From: Chloropicon primus
Lineage: Eukaryota
Length of the DNA: 38,373 nt
Reading direction: 5' to 3'
Assembly (NCBI GenBank): GCA_023205875.1
Contig: CP060759.1
Location: 1,116,001 to 1,154,373 of the forward strand
Shown: positions 10,011 through 19,882 of the stretch, one piece after another
Layout: the number at the start of each line of letters is the position of its first letter
How positions within the stretch are numbered: position 1 is the stretch's first letter
Made by a program: the position numbers and the translations under genes
The notes under the pieces: generated by a model
Database searches by the model: none
What the model was told of the DNA's origin: nothing
Seen by the model: only the letters and a program-made list of their open reading frames with translations

Positions 10011-13000
10011 ATGTGGATGGGACAGGACGATGCCGCGGCAAGGAAACTAGGACCGATATACGACGCCATTGAACACAAGCAATATAAGATGGCACACAAG
10101 TTGGCAAAGCAGGCGCAGCAAAAGTTCCCAAAGTCGCTGGCGCTCAAAGCATTATACGCGGTGACCTTGGAGAGGCTGGGGAAAGTGGACGAGGCACTGG
10201 AAGCGGGGAGGCAGACGTGCGAGGTCATGAAGAAGAGCGTCGCGCTCTTGGACGAGAGCGTAGTGAACACGCTGACGATTGTGTTCAAGGCGGCGAGGAA
10301 GTTGGGGGAGCTCCAGGGGGTCCTGGAGGACATAGCGGCGTCCGCGCAGGGAAGCGAGGGGATCAGGGCGCACAGGAGCCTCTTCAACGCCTGTGCGAGG
10401 ACGTTCTCCTTCCTTAAGATGCAGCAAGTCGCCATGAAGCTCTACAAGCGGACCGGGGACCACAAGTATGTGTTTTGGGCCGTCACCAGCATTTACCTGC
10501 AGTGCGCGTCGACCTCCCAACTCCACATGCTCCCGCTGGCCGAGACCATGTGCCGCAAGACTCAGAAGGAGAAGGGCCTGGCGTCCCTGGCCACGTACGG
10601 TCCGGATGCTCTGCTCATTTACGTGGAGGTCCTCTTCTCGCAGAATAAGTACCGGGAGGCGCTGGAGTTGCTGAGGGAGATCAAGAAGGGCGGAGGAAAC
10701 GGCGAAGGCCAAGGGACCAAAACGAGACTGCTGCAATCCCAGCTGAACATGCTGGAAGCCACCCTTTGCATCTGCTGTGGGGACCTCGACGCTGCGGTCG
10801 ACCTACTCGAGACGCACATAAAGGCCAACCCGGAGGACTGGCACGCCTCGAAAGTCCTTATGGAAATCCTTTTGCCTTCAGGGAACAAGGGCACCTCCGT
10901 GTCCATCGCGGACTTCCTGCCCACTCTTATGAACAAGGTGATCTCCATCAACCCCCTGGACAAGGCTCCTGAATTCATTGGGAGGTGCGGCGAGGAGAAG
11001 TCCTCGTTGTACGAAGGGGGCAAGGAGAGGGTCGAGGGGCTCATCCAGGTGCTGGAGGGTCACCTGAAAGACGACAAGAGAAAAGCGAGGGCTCTTTACT
11101 TGATGAAGCTTGATTTCTTGTGCAGGCAGGCCAACTTTTCTGCGAAGGACCAGGGGAAGAATTCGCAGGCCTATCTCTCTTTGCAGGAAGGTCTGGTGGG
11201 CACCCTGGTTGGATTTTGGGATGAAGCAGGTTCGAACATCAGCTTCACGAACGATATTCTGGACTTCGTTCCGAGCCTGAGCCCAGATTCAGCCTCGACC
11301 CTTTTGCGAGAGGTGTCAGAGAAGAAGTCCGTCTTGAGCGCAAAGCTGTACAGTGAGCTCGAGAAAAGAAGCGACGGTGACCAGGAGGTTTCTGCTTACC
11401 CGAACACGGTAAAAAAGGTGTTTTGCAAGGTCCTCTCGGCCCTCGAGATTGGTTTTCTCCTTAAGGGCGGAGTGGAGGACTCGGGCTTGGGGGAGGCGAT
11501 GACCCTCTTTGAGAAGTGCATCCCGCTTTACCACGGCTATGACGAGAGAGAAAACACCATCGTGGACCCTCTGGTGGTCCTGATCTCGCGGCAAGTATGG
11601 TGGGAGAGCAAGAAAGGTTCGGGGAACATGAAGAGGGTGATGCATTGCATCATGAAAATGCTTGCGCACTTCCAGACCGGCGTGAGAATCTCTCCATTCA
11701 ACTCCAACATGCTCCTGTCTCTCGCTCTGCTTTATGGTCATCTTGGGGTCTCTGACCTGTGCTCCGAGTGCTTCTGGAAGCTGGACATCAAGTACATTCA
11801 GCTGGAGACAATAGGGGGGCACATGCTTCTGCCCTACCTGACTTCGGCGGGCAATGAGAGGGAAGCGTCCAAGTTCTGCGACAAGCTCGTAAACTTCCAG
11901 GAGGACCACGACAGGAACGCTGGGGACACCTTTGTGATGACTTTTGACCAAGGAACGTATCTCGAGAGCATTGACTTCAATGGCTTGAGAAGTAGACTCT
12001 CTAATAGCCTTGTGAGGTACTCTGTGTCTGTGGAGAGGAGTATAGTAAGAATCTTGCAGAAGGGGGTGCAAGGCTTGACCCAACTGGAGACCATTCTCGA
12101 GCAGGAGTGCAGGGAGCTAAAAACTCTCATCGAGGGCAGCCCACTCCTTGAAGGCTGTGACAAGTTGCACCACAACATGGATCTCAGCGTGAGGCCTGAA
12201 TGGGCACCACCACAGGGGAATGGGACCAGTGCCCCTCACGGGGTTCTGACGTGGTGGGACAGCCTGAAGGAAGGGAATGGAGAGAGCAGCAGCCAATCGA
12301 TCGGGAATTGCTGGTGGGAGAAAGTCAATGCCGCAAACTCGTTGACGTCTGAGAATGCGTGTGCGTACCGTGCCGAATACAGGAAGAGCGTGGTAGCGAG
12401 ATATGCACAGGTTCAGGCATTTGGTTGCATTTTGAGCACAGAGAGGAGCGGACTGGAGCTACACGTCGAGACGATGGCGACTAACCTCGGGTTGGCTCTG
12501 GGCGAGGGCTTTGCTGATTTGAGCCAGCTGCTGGTTGAGCGCCTTCCAGAGGGCACGGCGGAGAGAAAGCTGCAGGTGCTCTCGCTGAGCGTGTTCGTGG
12601 TGACTTCCTTGTTCTTCGCTCTCGGAGGGGACGGTGGAAACATCGCTAAATTCGAGGAAGGACTGGAGATTCTAGGGAAAAATTTTGAGCACGTTCTCGA
12701 GACTGTCTTTGCCCCCAAGGGCGTCTTGCCCTCCCCATCAGAGGTTTTCTTCGGGGGAGCAGGCGTCCTGACTGTCAGCACCTACGTCAGGGAGGTGGTG
12801 TCTTGGTCATCCCTCCTGTTTACCAAGTGGGGGGATGTGATCCAAGAGATGAAAAAGAAGCAGAGGAAGGAAAAGAGGAAAGGGCTTTCAAAGGAAGCTG
12901 GGCAGGGGGGTCTTGCGGACGTGAAAGCTGTTCAAGGGTTCATCGAAACGTTCAAAACAAGTCATATTGGTCTCAAGGAGAAGATCCAGAGCGCGTGCCT

Positions 13001-13202
13001 TCACAGCGCGGGCGAGCTCACAACGATGTGGTGGCAGAGCTTTGGAGCAGAGGAAGGAGAGGGTGAGAAGGTCTTCTTGAGCTACGATGCCCGGGACAAG
13101 ACCGAGCGAGAGGGCATCCTGAAGAATGTGGCGGAAGGTCAGTTGGCCACCCTGAAGGTTGCCCTCGACAGGATGAATAAATTCATGAACTTGCTCAAGT
13201 AA
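10011..13202 (+). CDS. NAA25: N-terminal acetyltransferase B auxiliary subunit (NAA25/MDM20)
   Basis: RKLGPIYDAIEHKQYK..., MQQVAMKLYK...KYVFWAVTSIYLQ and SPFNSNMLLSL...LDIKYIQLETIG are typical of NAA25. First ATG at 10011. Confidence 0.9.
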   Translation: MWMGQDDAAARKLGPIYDAIEHKQYKMAHKLAKQAQQKFPKSLALKALYAVTLERLGKVDEALEAGRQTCEVMKKSVALLDESVVNTLTIVFKAARKLGELQGVLEDIAASAQGSEGIRAHRSLFNACARTFSFLKMQQVAMKLYKRTGDHKYVFWAVTSIYLQCASTSQLHMLPLAETMCRKTQKEKGLASLATYGPDALLIYVEVLFSQNKYREALELLREIKKGGGNGEGQGTKTRLLQSQLNMLEATLCICCGDLDAAVDLLETHIKANPEDWHASKVLMEILLPSGNKGTSVSIADFLPTLMNKVISINPLDKAPEFIGRCGEEKSSLYEGGKERVEGLIQVLEGHLKDDKRKARALYLMKLDFLCRQANFSAKDQGKNSQAYLSLQEGLVGTLVGFWDEAGSNISFTNDILDFVPSLSPDSASTLLREVSEKKSVLSAKLYSELEKRSDGDQEVSAYPNTVKKVFCKVLSALEIGFLLKGGVEDSGLGEAMTLFEKCIPLYHGYDERENTIVDPLVVLISRQVWWESKKGSGNMKRVMHCIMKMLAHFQTGVRISPFNSNMLLSLALLYGHLGVSDLCSECFWKLDIKYIQLETIGGHMLLPYLTSAGNEREASKFCDKLVNFQEDHDRNAGDTFVMTFDQGTYLESIDFNGLRSRLSNSLVRYSVSVERSIVRILQKGVQGLTQLETILEQECRELKTLIEGSPLLEGCDKLHHNMDLSVRPEWAPPQGNGTSAPHGVLTWWDSLKEGNGESSSQSIGNCWWEKVNAANSLTSENACAYRAEYRKSVVARYAQVQAFGCILSTERSGLELHVETMATNLGLALGEGFADLSQLLVERLPEGTAERKLQVLSLSVFVVTSLFFALGGDGGNIAKFEEGLEILGKNFEHVLETVFAPKGVLPSPSEVFFGGAGVLTVSTYVREVVSWSSLLFTKWGDVIQEMKKKQRKEKRKGLSKEAGQGGLADVKAVQGFIETFKTSHIGLKEKIQSACLHSAGELTTMWWQSFGAEEGEGEKVFLSYDARDKTEREGILKNVAEGQLATLKVALDRMNKFMNLLK

Positions 13203-13290
13203 AAAAGAGAGGTCTCAAAATGCCAACAAAAGGAGAATTGGCTTGATTTTTTATTTATGTTATGTACGATCTTCTTCAATACACACACTA

Positions 13291-15588
13291 CTACCTAAAA
13301 AATGCATTGTTGTTGTTGTTGTTATAGCCCATGTTCTGGTTCATGCCTTGGTTCTGGTATCCATACTCAGTCCTTGGTTTCTTCTGTTCATTTCCATATC
13401 TTTCTGCGTTGTTGTTGACATGACCACCACTCGAGTCCAGCGCAGACAAGACCTGCTCCATCTTCGCCTTGGATTCCTTCGCCCAGTCCACCTGGTTCAC
13501 CCTCTGGACAGTTACCTTGACTCTCTTCTCGTCGTTGTAGGTGTCCTCGGCAACCTTGAGAGTCAGGAGCCATCTCTTAAAGTGGGCCTTTGTCAGGATG
13601 TGGTCGAAATCTGCCGAGCCCTCGTACTTCTTGAAGTCATTGGCAGTCATTCCCATGATATCGTTGCCGACATCACCAAAGCACGTGAGCCACCTGTCCT
13701 CCGTAAAGTCGGAGGCCTCGAACTGGATCATCCATCTCCAGTTCACCTGGCACTTCTGCTGGCAAGTCTCACACCAGCCTGAGCCCAATCCGTCCTGGTC
13801 GTCGTCGGTAATGGCCACCTTCTTGTTGCACTGCCTTCCGTTTCTCTGCAGGCTGCACGCTGGGTAGGACATGACCTCGTTCTTGATGTACTTGACAGTT
13901 GCAAGTACCTCCACATAGTCTGCCTTGCCAGAAGTCCCCAAGTTTTCGTCCCTGATGTCAGACAAAAAGACTCTGCGGGTCCTTCCGCCACCGCCCGTGT
14001 TCAGCTGGACGGTCTGTGAGTGAGCCCCGCCCATGCGGTCATACCAGTTGCGCAAGCGGCCCGCCTCGGGAATGTCTGGATTCACAAGAAGCTGGGTAGA
14101 ACTGATGGTTCCAAGGGTTTTCCCCTGGTAGTCGCCGACACGAGCATTTTTCACAGCAAGGACGGGGTGGGAGCCCTGCTGGCTGGCCAGCTCCAGTTCA
14201 TTTCCCGGTTCGTTGCAGTAGTTTCCCCAAAGGGTGACCTCGATGCTCGCGTTCGAGTCATCCTTGATGGTGAGCGTCCTCTTCTGGGTATCTGTGCCGT
14301 CTCTCCTCTGGATTGTGGCACACGCATCCACCGACAAGACCACTCCCACGACGTCTGCCAAGGATCCTGTGTTCACGTTCTCCAGAGAGATGATCGGCTT
14401 GAAATCGAAAGTGATCGAAGGGATCGTGGAAGTTCTCTCGTCCTCCACACAAGGCTCGATCGTGGAGTTCGTCTCCAAGTAAACCTCGAAGTCGCTGTTG
14501 AGGTTGTTGTACTGCTTCCTTGCCGGCCTCAGCGCGCCCTTGGATATCATGTAGACCTTGCCCACCTCCACCAAGGGGTGGAACTTTTCACAGGCCTCCT
14601 TGAAGGCGCACAGCCTGATCTCCCCCCCGTCCACGTCGACGACGTCGAAGTTGAAGACAGACCCCTCGCCCTTGGCATTCTGCCACTTCCTCACGTCACT
14701 CTTGTTGGTGACCCTGGCCTGGATGGTCCACCTGTTCAAGTAAGGGTTCAAGCTCTTGATGGGAACAATCCTCGCGGGGGCTTCGTTTCTTGATATTGGG
14801 CCCCTGGACCTGTAGTCCGCCGCCGGCTGGTTGTACCCGCCGCCGCCGCCATGAGGAGGGTAGCTCCTGGACTGGTATCCGCCCATGCCACCTTGCTGCT
14901 GCTGCTGCTGGTAGTTCCTCCCCATGCCTGGTCCAGGTCCCCCCCTGTTCGCGTTTGTGCTCCCACCGTACCCTCCTTGCCTCTGGTAGTTGTTGCCAGA
15001 CGCTCCGGGGGGGCCTCCGGGCCCCCCTTGGAAGCCGCCCTGCTCCGATTTGTACCCTCCACTGTTGCGGGAGGGCATCTGTTGCTGATAGGGCGCCTGC
15101 GGGGGGTTTGGCTGCTGGTACACGTTTTCCTTCTCGCGCCTCATTCCGGCGAGCTCGGAGCCGTAGCCGGCGCCGTACTGCTGCTGCTTCGGGGCTCCCA
15201 CCGGTGCGCGGGAGTGGGGCTCTTGCGCGTTCCTGTCGGCGACGTTCGTGGGGTTGCCCACTATGGGCTGCTTGCCTAGAGTTGTGCTCTGCAAAACGAT
15301 GACAATCTTCCTGTTGTGGACCGTGTTGCACAAGAACTCGTCGAGCCTCACGATCGACCCCGTGGCGAAGTCCCCGTTGTTGACCTTCTCCACCGTCTGC
15401 GTCGCAAGCATGGCTTGCATGAAGTGCTTCCCGTCCGACAGGTGCACCCTGTACCTCACCGTTGCCCCTTGCTTCCCACTCGCCGGCTGCAACATCTTCA
15501 AGTCCGTGCACTGCAGCACCGGTTTGAAGTCCGTGTTCCCCGCCCACAGCGCACTCGCCGCATTCGGCGTCAGTCCCGTCCCTTCCAT
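13291..15588 (-). CDS. RPA1: Replication protein A 70 kDa subunit
   Basis: N-terminal OB fold (YRVHLSDG...AMLATQ), G/Q/Y-rich linker, IVPIKSLNPYLNRWTIQARVTNKS, C4 zinc motif YPAC...CNKKV...CETC. Confidence 0.97.
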   Translation of the reverse strand: MEGTGLTPNAASALWAGNTDFKPVLQCTDLKMLQPASGKQGATVRYRVHLSDGKHFMQAMLATQTVEKVNNGDFATGSIVRLDEFLCNTVHNRKIVIVLQSTTLGKQPIVGNPTNVADRNAQEPHSRAPVGAPKQQQYGAGYGSELAGMRREKENVYQQPNPPQAPYQQQMPSRNSGGYKSEQGGFQGGPGGPPGASGNNYQRQGGYGGSTNANRGGPGPGMGRNYQQQQQQGGMGGYQSRSYPPHGGGGGYNQPAADYRSRGPISRNEAPARIVPIKSLNPYLNRWTIQARVTNKSDVRKWQNAKGEGSVFNFDVVDVDGGEIRLCAFKEACEKFHPLVEVGKVYMISKGALRPARKQYNNLNSDFEVYLETNSTIEPCVEDERTSTIPSITFDFKPIISLENVNTGSLADVVGVVLSVDACATIQRRDGTDTQKRTLTIKDDSNASIEVTLWGNYCNEPGNELELASQQGSHPVLAVKNARVGDYQGKTLGTISSTQLLVNPDIPEAGRLRNWYDRMGGAHSQTVQLNTGGGGRTRRVFLSDIRDENLGTSGKADYVEVLATVKYIKNEVMSYPACSLQRNGRQCNKKVAITDDDQDGLGSGWCETCQQKCQVNWRWMIQFEASDFTEDRWLTCFGDVGNDIMGMTANDFKKYEGSADFDHILTKAHFKRWLLTLKVAEDTYNDEKRVKVTVQRVNQVDWAKESKAKMEQVLSALDSSGGHVNNNAERYGNEQKKPRTEYGYQNQGMNQNMGYNNNNNNAFFR

Positions 15589-15733
15589 CTCCTCCCTTTC
15601 TTCTCTCCTTCTCTCCTTCTCTCCGCCCTCCCGATCGATCGATCGATCGCCGATCGTTCCGCGTTTCTGACAAGACCGCCCTCATTGGGCGCGAAAACAG
15701 AACACGAGCACGAGGACGAGGAGGAGAAGGAGG

Positions 15734-16579
15734 ATGAGCGGCGCGCTGTGGAGGAGAGGGCTGGAGAGGGGGAGGCGGTGGACCAGGACCACCACCACCA
15801 CGACGACCACGACGACGACCACGACGACGAGGACGGAACAACAATATCAATATGGACGAGAGGTGGAGTGGGAGGAGGGGAAGGGAACGTCGACGTCACC
15901 GAGGAAGGGGGAGAGGGGAAAGGGGTGGGGTGGGGTGCTGAGGTCGACACAAGGGGCGCACAAACTCCTCAGGGCGTGGTACCTCGGGCAGGAGAAGGCT
16001 ATGGACGTCACGAGGGGAAGGAGGAGGGGGGGCGAGGACCTGGGGGAGACGGGGGGGAGGGTCGGGGCGGAGAGGGAGCTCAAACTGATGGGCTGGTACG
16101 ACAAGGAGATGCCGCTGCACCGGGTGAGGCCGTCGGTCCTGCAGCCCGTCATGCAGCTGGCCGGCTTCGCTGGGGGTTTCCTGTCCCAGCTTCCGGCGGA
16201 GGCCCTCGGTCGTCCCGTCACGAACGACTTGTCTCGCAGGGCCACCCGGGCCGTGGAGGAGGCCTTCACCGAGCACATCAACGACCAGCTGAGGGAAATC
16301 CACGCCCTTGCACCCCAAGCGCCCCCGCCGGACGCCGAGGAGGGGGACCAAGTGGGCGGGAACGACCCTCGGGACGTGGCGAGGCTGAAGGCCAGACTGT
16401 TGGAGACGAGGGACGCGGAGAGGTCCCAAGACATTCTCTGGGGCTTCCGGGAGGACCAGGACCCGGTGGAGAACGAGGAGGGGGACGTTTTCAAGACCTT
16501 TCAGAAGCAGGTGCTCAACGCAGACTCGCTGTTCCGAGGTAGCGTCAAGTTCATTTTGGACGCCTCCCGGAAACTTTAA
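15734..16579 (+). CDS. COQ7/Clk-1-like ferritin-fold protein with degenerate di-iron ligands
   Basis: YLGQ, RVRPSVLQPVMQLAGFAGG, AVEEAFTEHINDQLREI and RDAE parallel COQ7 YAGQ, RVRPTxLxPxW..GF.LG, AVEE.I..HYN.Q and RDEE. R/T-rich N-terminus suggests an organellar transit peptide. Confidence 0.7.
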   Translation: MSGALWRRGLERGRRWTRTTTTTTTTTTTTTTRTEQQYQYGREVEWEEGKGTSTSPRKGERGKGWGGVLRSTQGAHKLLRAWYLGQEKAMDVTRGRRRGGEDLGETGGRVGAERELKLMGWYDKEMPLHRVRPSVLQPVMQLAGFAGGFLSQLPAEALGRPVTNDLSRRATRAVEEAFTEHINDQLREIHALAPQAPPPDAEEGDQVGGNDPRDVARLKARLLETRDAERSQDILWGFREDQDPVENEEGDVFKTFQKQVLNADSLFRGSVKFILDASRKL

Positions 16580-17036
16580 GCCTTTGACGTGGTGATCACG
16601 CTCAAGTTAGTTTCTCGGGTGTATTGCTTTCCTAGTTCTACTGAATCTTCTTCTGGATATTCTTCTGGTTTTCTCCTCACGTCTCCTCGGAGTCCTTGGT
16701 CTTCCCTTCTCTCCTTGTTTGCTTTCTCGTTCTCGTTCTCGTTCCCGTTCCCTTGGTCCTACCCTCCCGCCTGATCCCCCCGTTGCTGGAGCTCCCATTG
16801 TTGTCCTGTTCCCCCCCAGTGGGCCGGGCGCGTGCCCTTCTTCTTCTTCCCTGGACCTGGGCTCTCCTCTCTCCACTCTCCACTCTCCAGGTTTGTTGGT
16901 TTCCTTGGTTGTGCTTAAGGTATTGGATGGTTTCCAGCTGAAGGGAGGAAGAGGAGGAAGGAGGAGAGGAGAGGAGAGGGGCTTTGCCTTGGGGGGGGGA
17001 CGCACCAAGTGGCGAGGACACCAGGACCTGGAGACA

Positions 17037-19582
17037 ATGTCAGCGGACGAGGAGGAAGTGATGAGGGGGGAGGAGGAGGACCAGGTTAGGGAACTGCCCT
17101 CCTCTTCCTCGACGAAGAGCAAGTTGAACAGGTCCAAATCACGACCCAAGTTCATCTCCCGCGTCTCCCTAGTCAGCGCCCTCAAGGAGTACACCAGCAA
17201 TGAGGCCTTGAACTTCCCGACCTTCGACGTTCTCAAGGAGACCACCAAGTTCGGAATCAAGAAGAGGCAGAAGCGTACCTTTGAGGTGGACATCCGGAAC
17301 AGGGCCATAAGAAACTTGAGCAGGGCGGGCTCAGTGCACAAAAAGTACAACGTGAGCGACATAGATTTAGTACAAAGGGTCCCGGGACAAAACGACGCGA
17401 TAGACTTAAAGTTCAGGTGAGGACACGAATACAAAGGCAATGCCTTTCCTTCAGTATCGGGCACGCCAACCAGGACCGCCTTTGCTGCCTTCAGACCAAG
17501 AAGCGTCCGGAAACGCCAACACACCCCACCCAACACACACACACACACTGACTTTGGCTTCCTCTTTCTTCTTGTCGTGTGCTTTGTGTGAACTCCAGGA
17601 ACGCGAACCATGCGTACCGGCTACTGTTCGCCAAGAAGCAATCCACGAGCAGCGTCGTGATGCGCGAACGCTTCTACCAGCTCCTTTGCCTGCTGCAGTG
17701 CAAGGAGGCGGCTGAGAAGGAGGTGGAAGAGCTGGCGGAGAGAGAGACCGGTATGGTGACCTGGACCTCGGCAAACACGGGAACGACGGCCAAAGGGGAG
17801 AGTGAGGACAGTGACTTGGCCGACAAGCCGCAGTCGGGGCTAATGGAAGCCCTGGATCTGGGTCTGGAGAGCATCCGGGTCGTGGCGGGGACCTTCAACC
17901 TGGGGGGCAAGCAACCGCCCACGCCGGAAGAGCTCGATGACTGGCTGCCCATCCACAAAACCTGTGATGTCTACGCCATTGGCGTCCAAGAATGCAATTA
18001 CAAGCCCAAGGCGAGCAGCAAGAGCAAGGACGCCATGGCAAGCAAGTCGAACGGCATGCCCCCGGGCCCCTTTGTTCAGAAGACGGGGGACGCTTGCGAC
18101 CAGGACTGGCTTTGCACCCTCAACGACCACTTTTCCAAAGGAGGGTTCGTCATTCTTGGGTCTCATAGCATCCAGCACACGGCTGCCATCAAGCTCTCCA
18201 TCTACGTCCACAAAAGGCACCTCTTCAAGGTCAAGAACGTGTTCTGGGACGCGTATGCCTGCGGGGTGGCAAATATGTACGGCAACAAGGGGGCGGTGGG
18301 CTGCCGGTTCTACTTTAATGAGACTCCGCTAACCTTCATCAATGTCCACCTCGCGGCCCACGAGGGAGCCGCTCACGACAGGAACGTGAACACGGCCAAT
18401 ATTTTGCAGAAGCTTTCTTTGGGTGGCCACCCCTCCCTCGACGTGCTGCCGCAGTCCTCCTACCTGTTCTATCTGGGAGACCTGAATTACAGGGTGAACA
18501 TCGAGTACAGCGAAGCGGTGTCCCTGTGTAAAGAGAGCAAGCAAGGCGTCTTGGTTGCCGCGGACGAGCTGTGCAGCGAGAGAGCCCTGGGGAGAACCCT
18601 GAGCGAGATGAACGAGGTGCAGATCGAGTTCCCTCCCACATACAGGTACAATGTGCCCAGGGAAAGGTACGAGCTCAGCTTTAGCAACAAGAAGAATCAG
18701 ACCCCGTCTTACACGGACAGGATCCTTTACCACGCCTGTCCGGAGACGGAGATCACACCTCTGGAGTACTGCAGTGTTCCCACCATCACGACGAGCGATC
18801 ACATTCCTGTGAGGGCTACGTTTGACCTCACGACCAACCTGCCCTTCAGTATGAACCCCGGGAGCTACCTCGGGCAGACCAAGAGACTGATCAAGTTCAA
18901 ACGCATCTCCGCGAAGAATATAAAGCTTGCATCTCCTCTGCTCAAGGGTGGCACCCACTTGGCCACGGGGAGCAACAGCAATGCGGCCGCAGGTAATACG
19001 AACGAGCGTTCTGTGCACAATCCATCTTTCAATCACCAGGCAAGGGGTGTTGGTGTGAGGGAGACTCTGTTGGGGACGGTGGATCGCGATGCGTCCGAAG
19101 CGCTTGGGGACACTTGGGACAGAAAGTTCGAGGCGAAGCAGAACCAGAAGCGGGTCAACCTTTCCATAAAGTTTTTCTGGCCTTTTGGCTTTGATGGAAA
19201 GTGCAAGACCAAAGTGGTGGAGGCATCCGCCATGGAGTCCGGCCACCACGGGGGTGGCGAGGACTACGAGGGCGATACGCACTCGATAAACGCGGACTGG
19301 GGTGAGGATGACCTTTGCCTGCTGTTTCCTCGGGTCATGTGCACGGAGCAGCTTGGCTCCCACCCCTTGGCCTTTCAGCTGATAGAGACGAGGCCCCTGA
19401 GCACGGGGAACAAGACCACTTCGCACGTCATAGGAACGGGGAAGATATCTCTCGTGAAGGCTGCGCAGCATATGACTGACACGAACGACGAAGGGCTTGT
19501 GGTTGACACGTGGGTGGTGAAGCACGGCATCAGGAGAGGTATCTTGACCTGCTCCTTCACTGCCAACTTGGAGTACCACTAA
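17037..19582 (+). CDS. Inositol polyphosphate 5-phosphatase with N-terminal PH-like and C-terminal C2-like regions; exons 17037-17416 and 17599-19582
   Basis: GTFNLGG, YAIGVQEC, GNKGAVG, FINVHLAAH, YLGDLNYR, PSYTDRILY, SDHIPV. Phase-2 intron 17417-17598 (GTGAGG, branch ACTGAC, CAG) joins two ORF-track entries in frame. Confidence 0.93.
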
Positions 19583-19882
19583 AGGAAGTGTAAGCGAACG
19601 TATAAGGCTGCTGTGTAACACACAAAACGAATCTTGTTGTGCTCCTCTCCTCTCCGCTCCCCCTTCGGTTTCCAAGGCAGACAGATCCAACAGACGAGGA
19701 AGGAAGGAATCGCAGGGCAGAGCAATGGTGTTGAGGGAACGGGAAGTTGAGTTGGATCAAGACGGCACCTTTCTCGCAGGGAGATGCCCAGGAGGAGGAG
19801 CAGAGACTTGCACAAGATGCGATCTTCGCATCTTGATTCAATGAATTACCAGGAGGACAGGGGTCATCCATTTAATTTAAGT

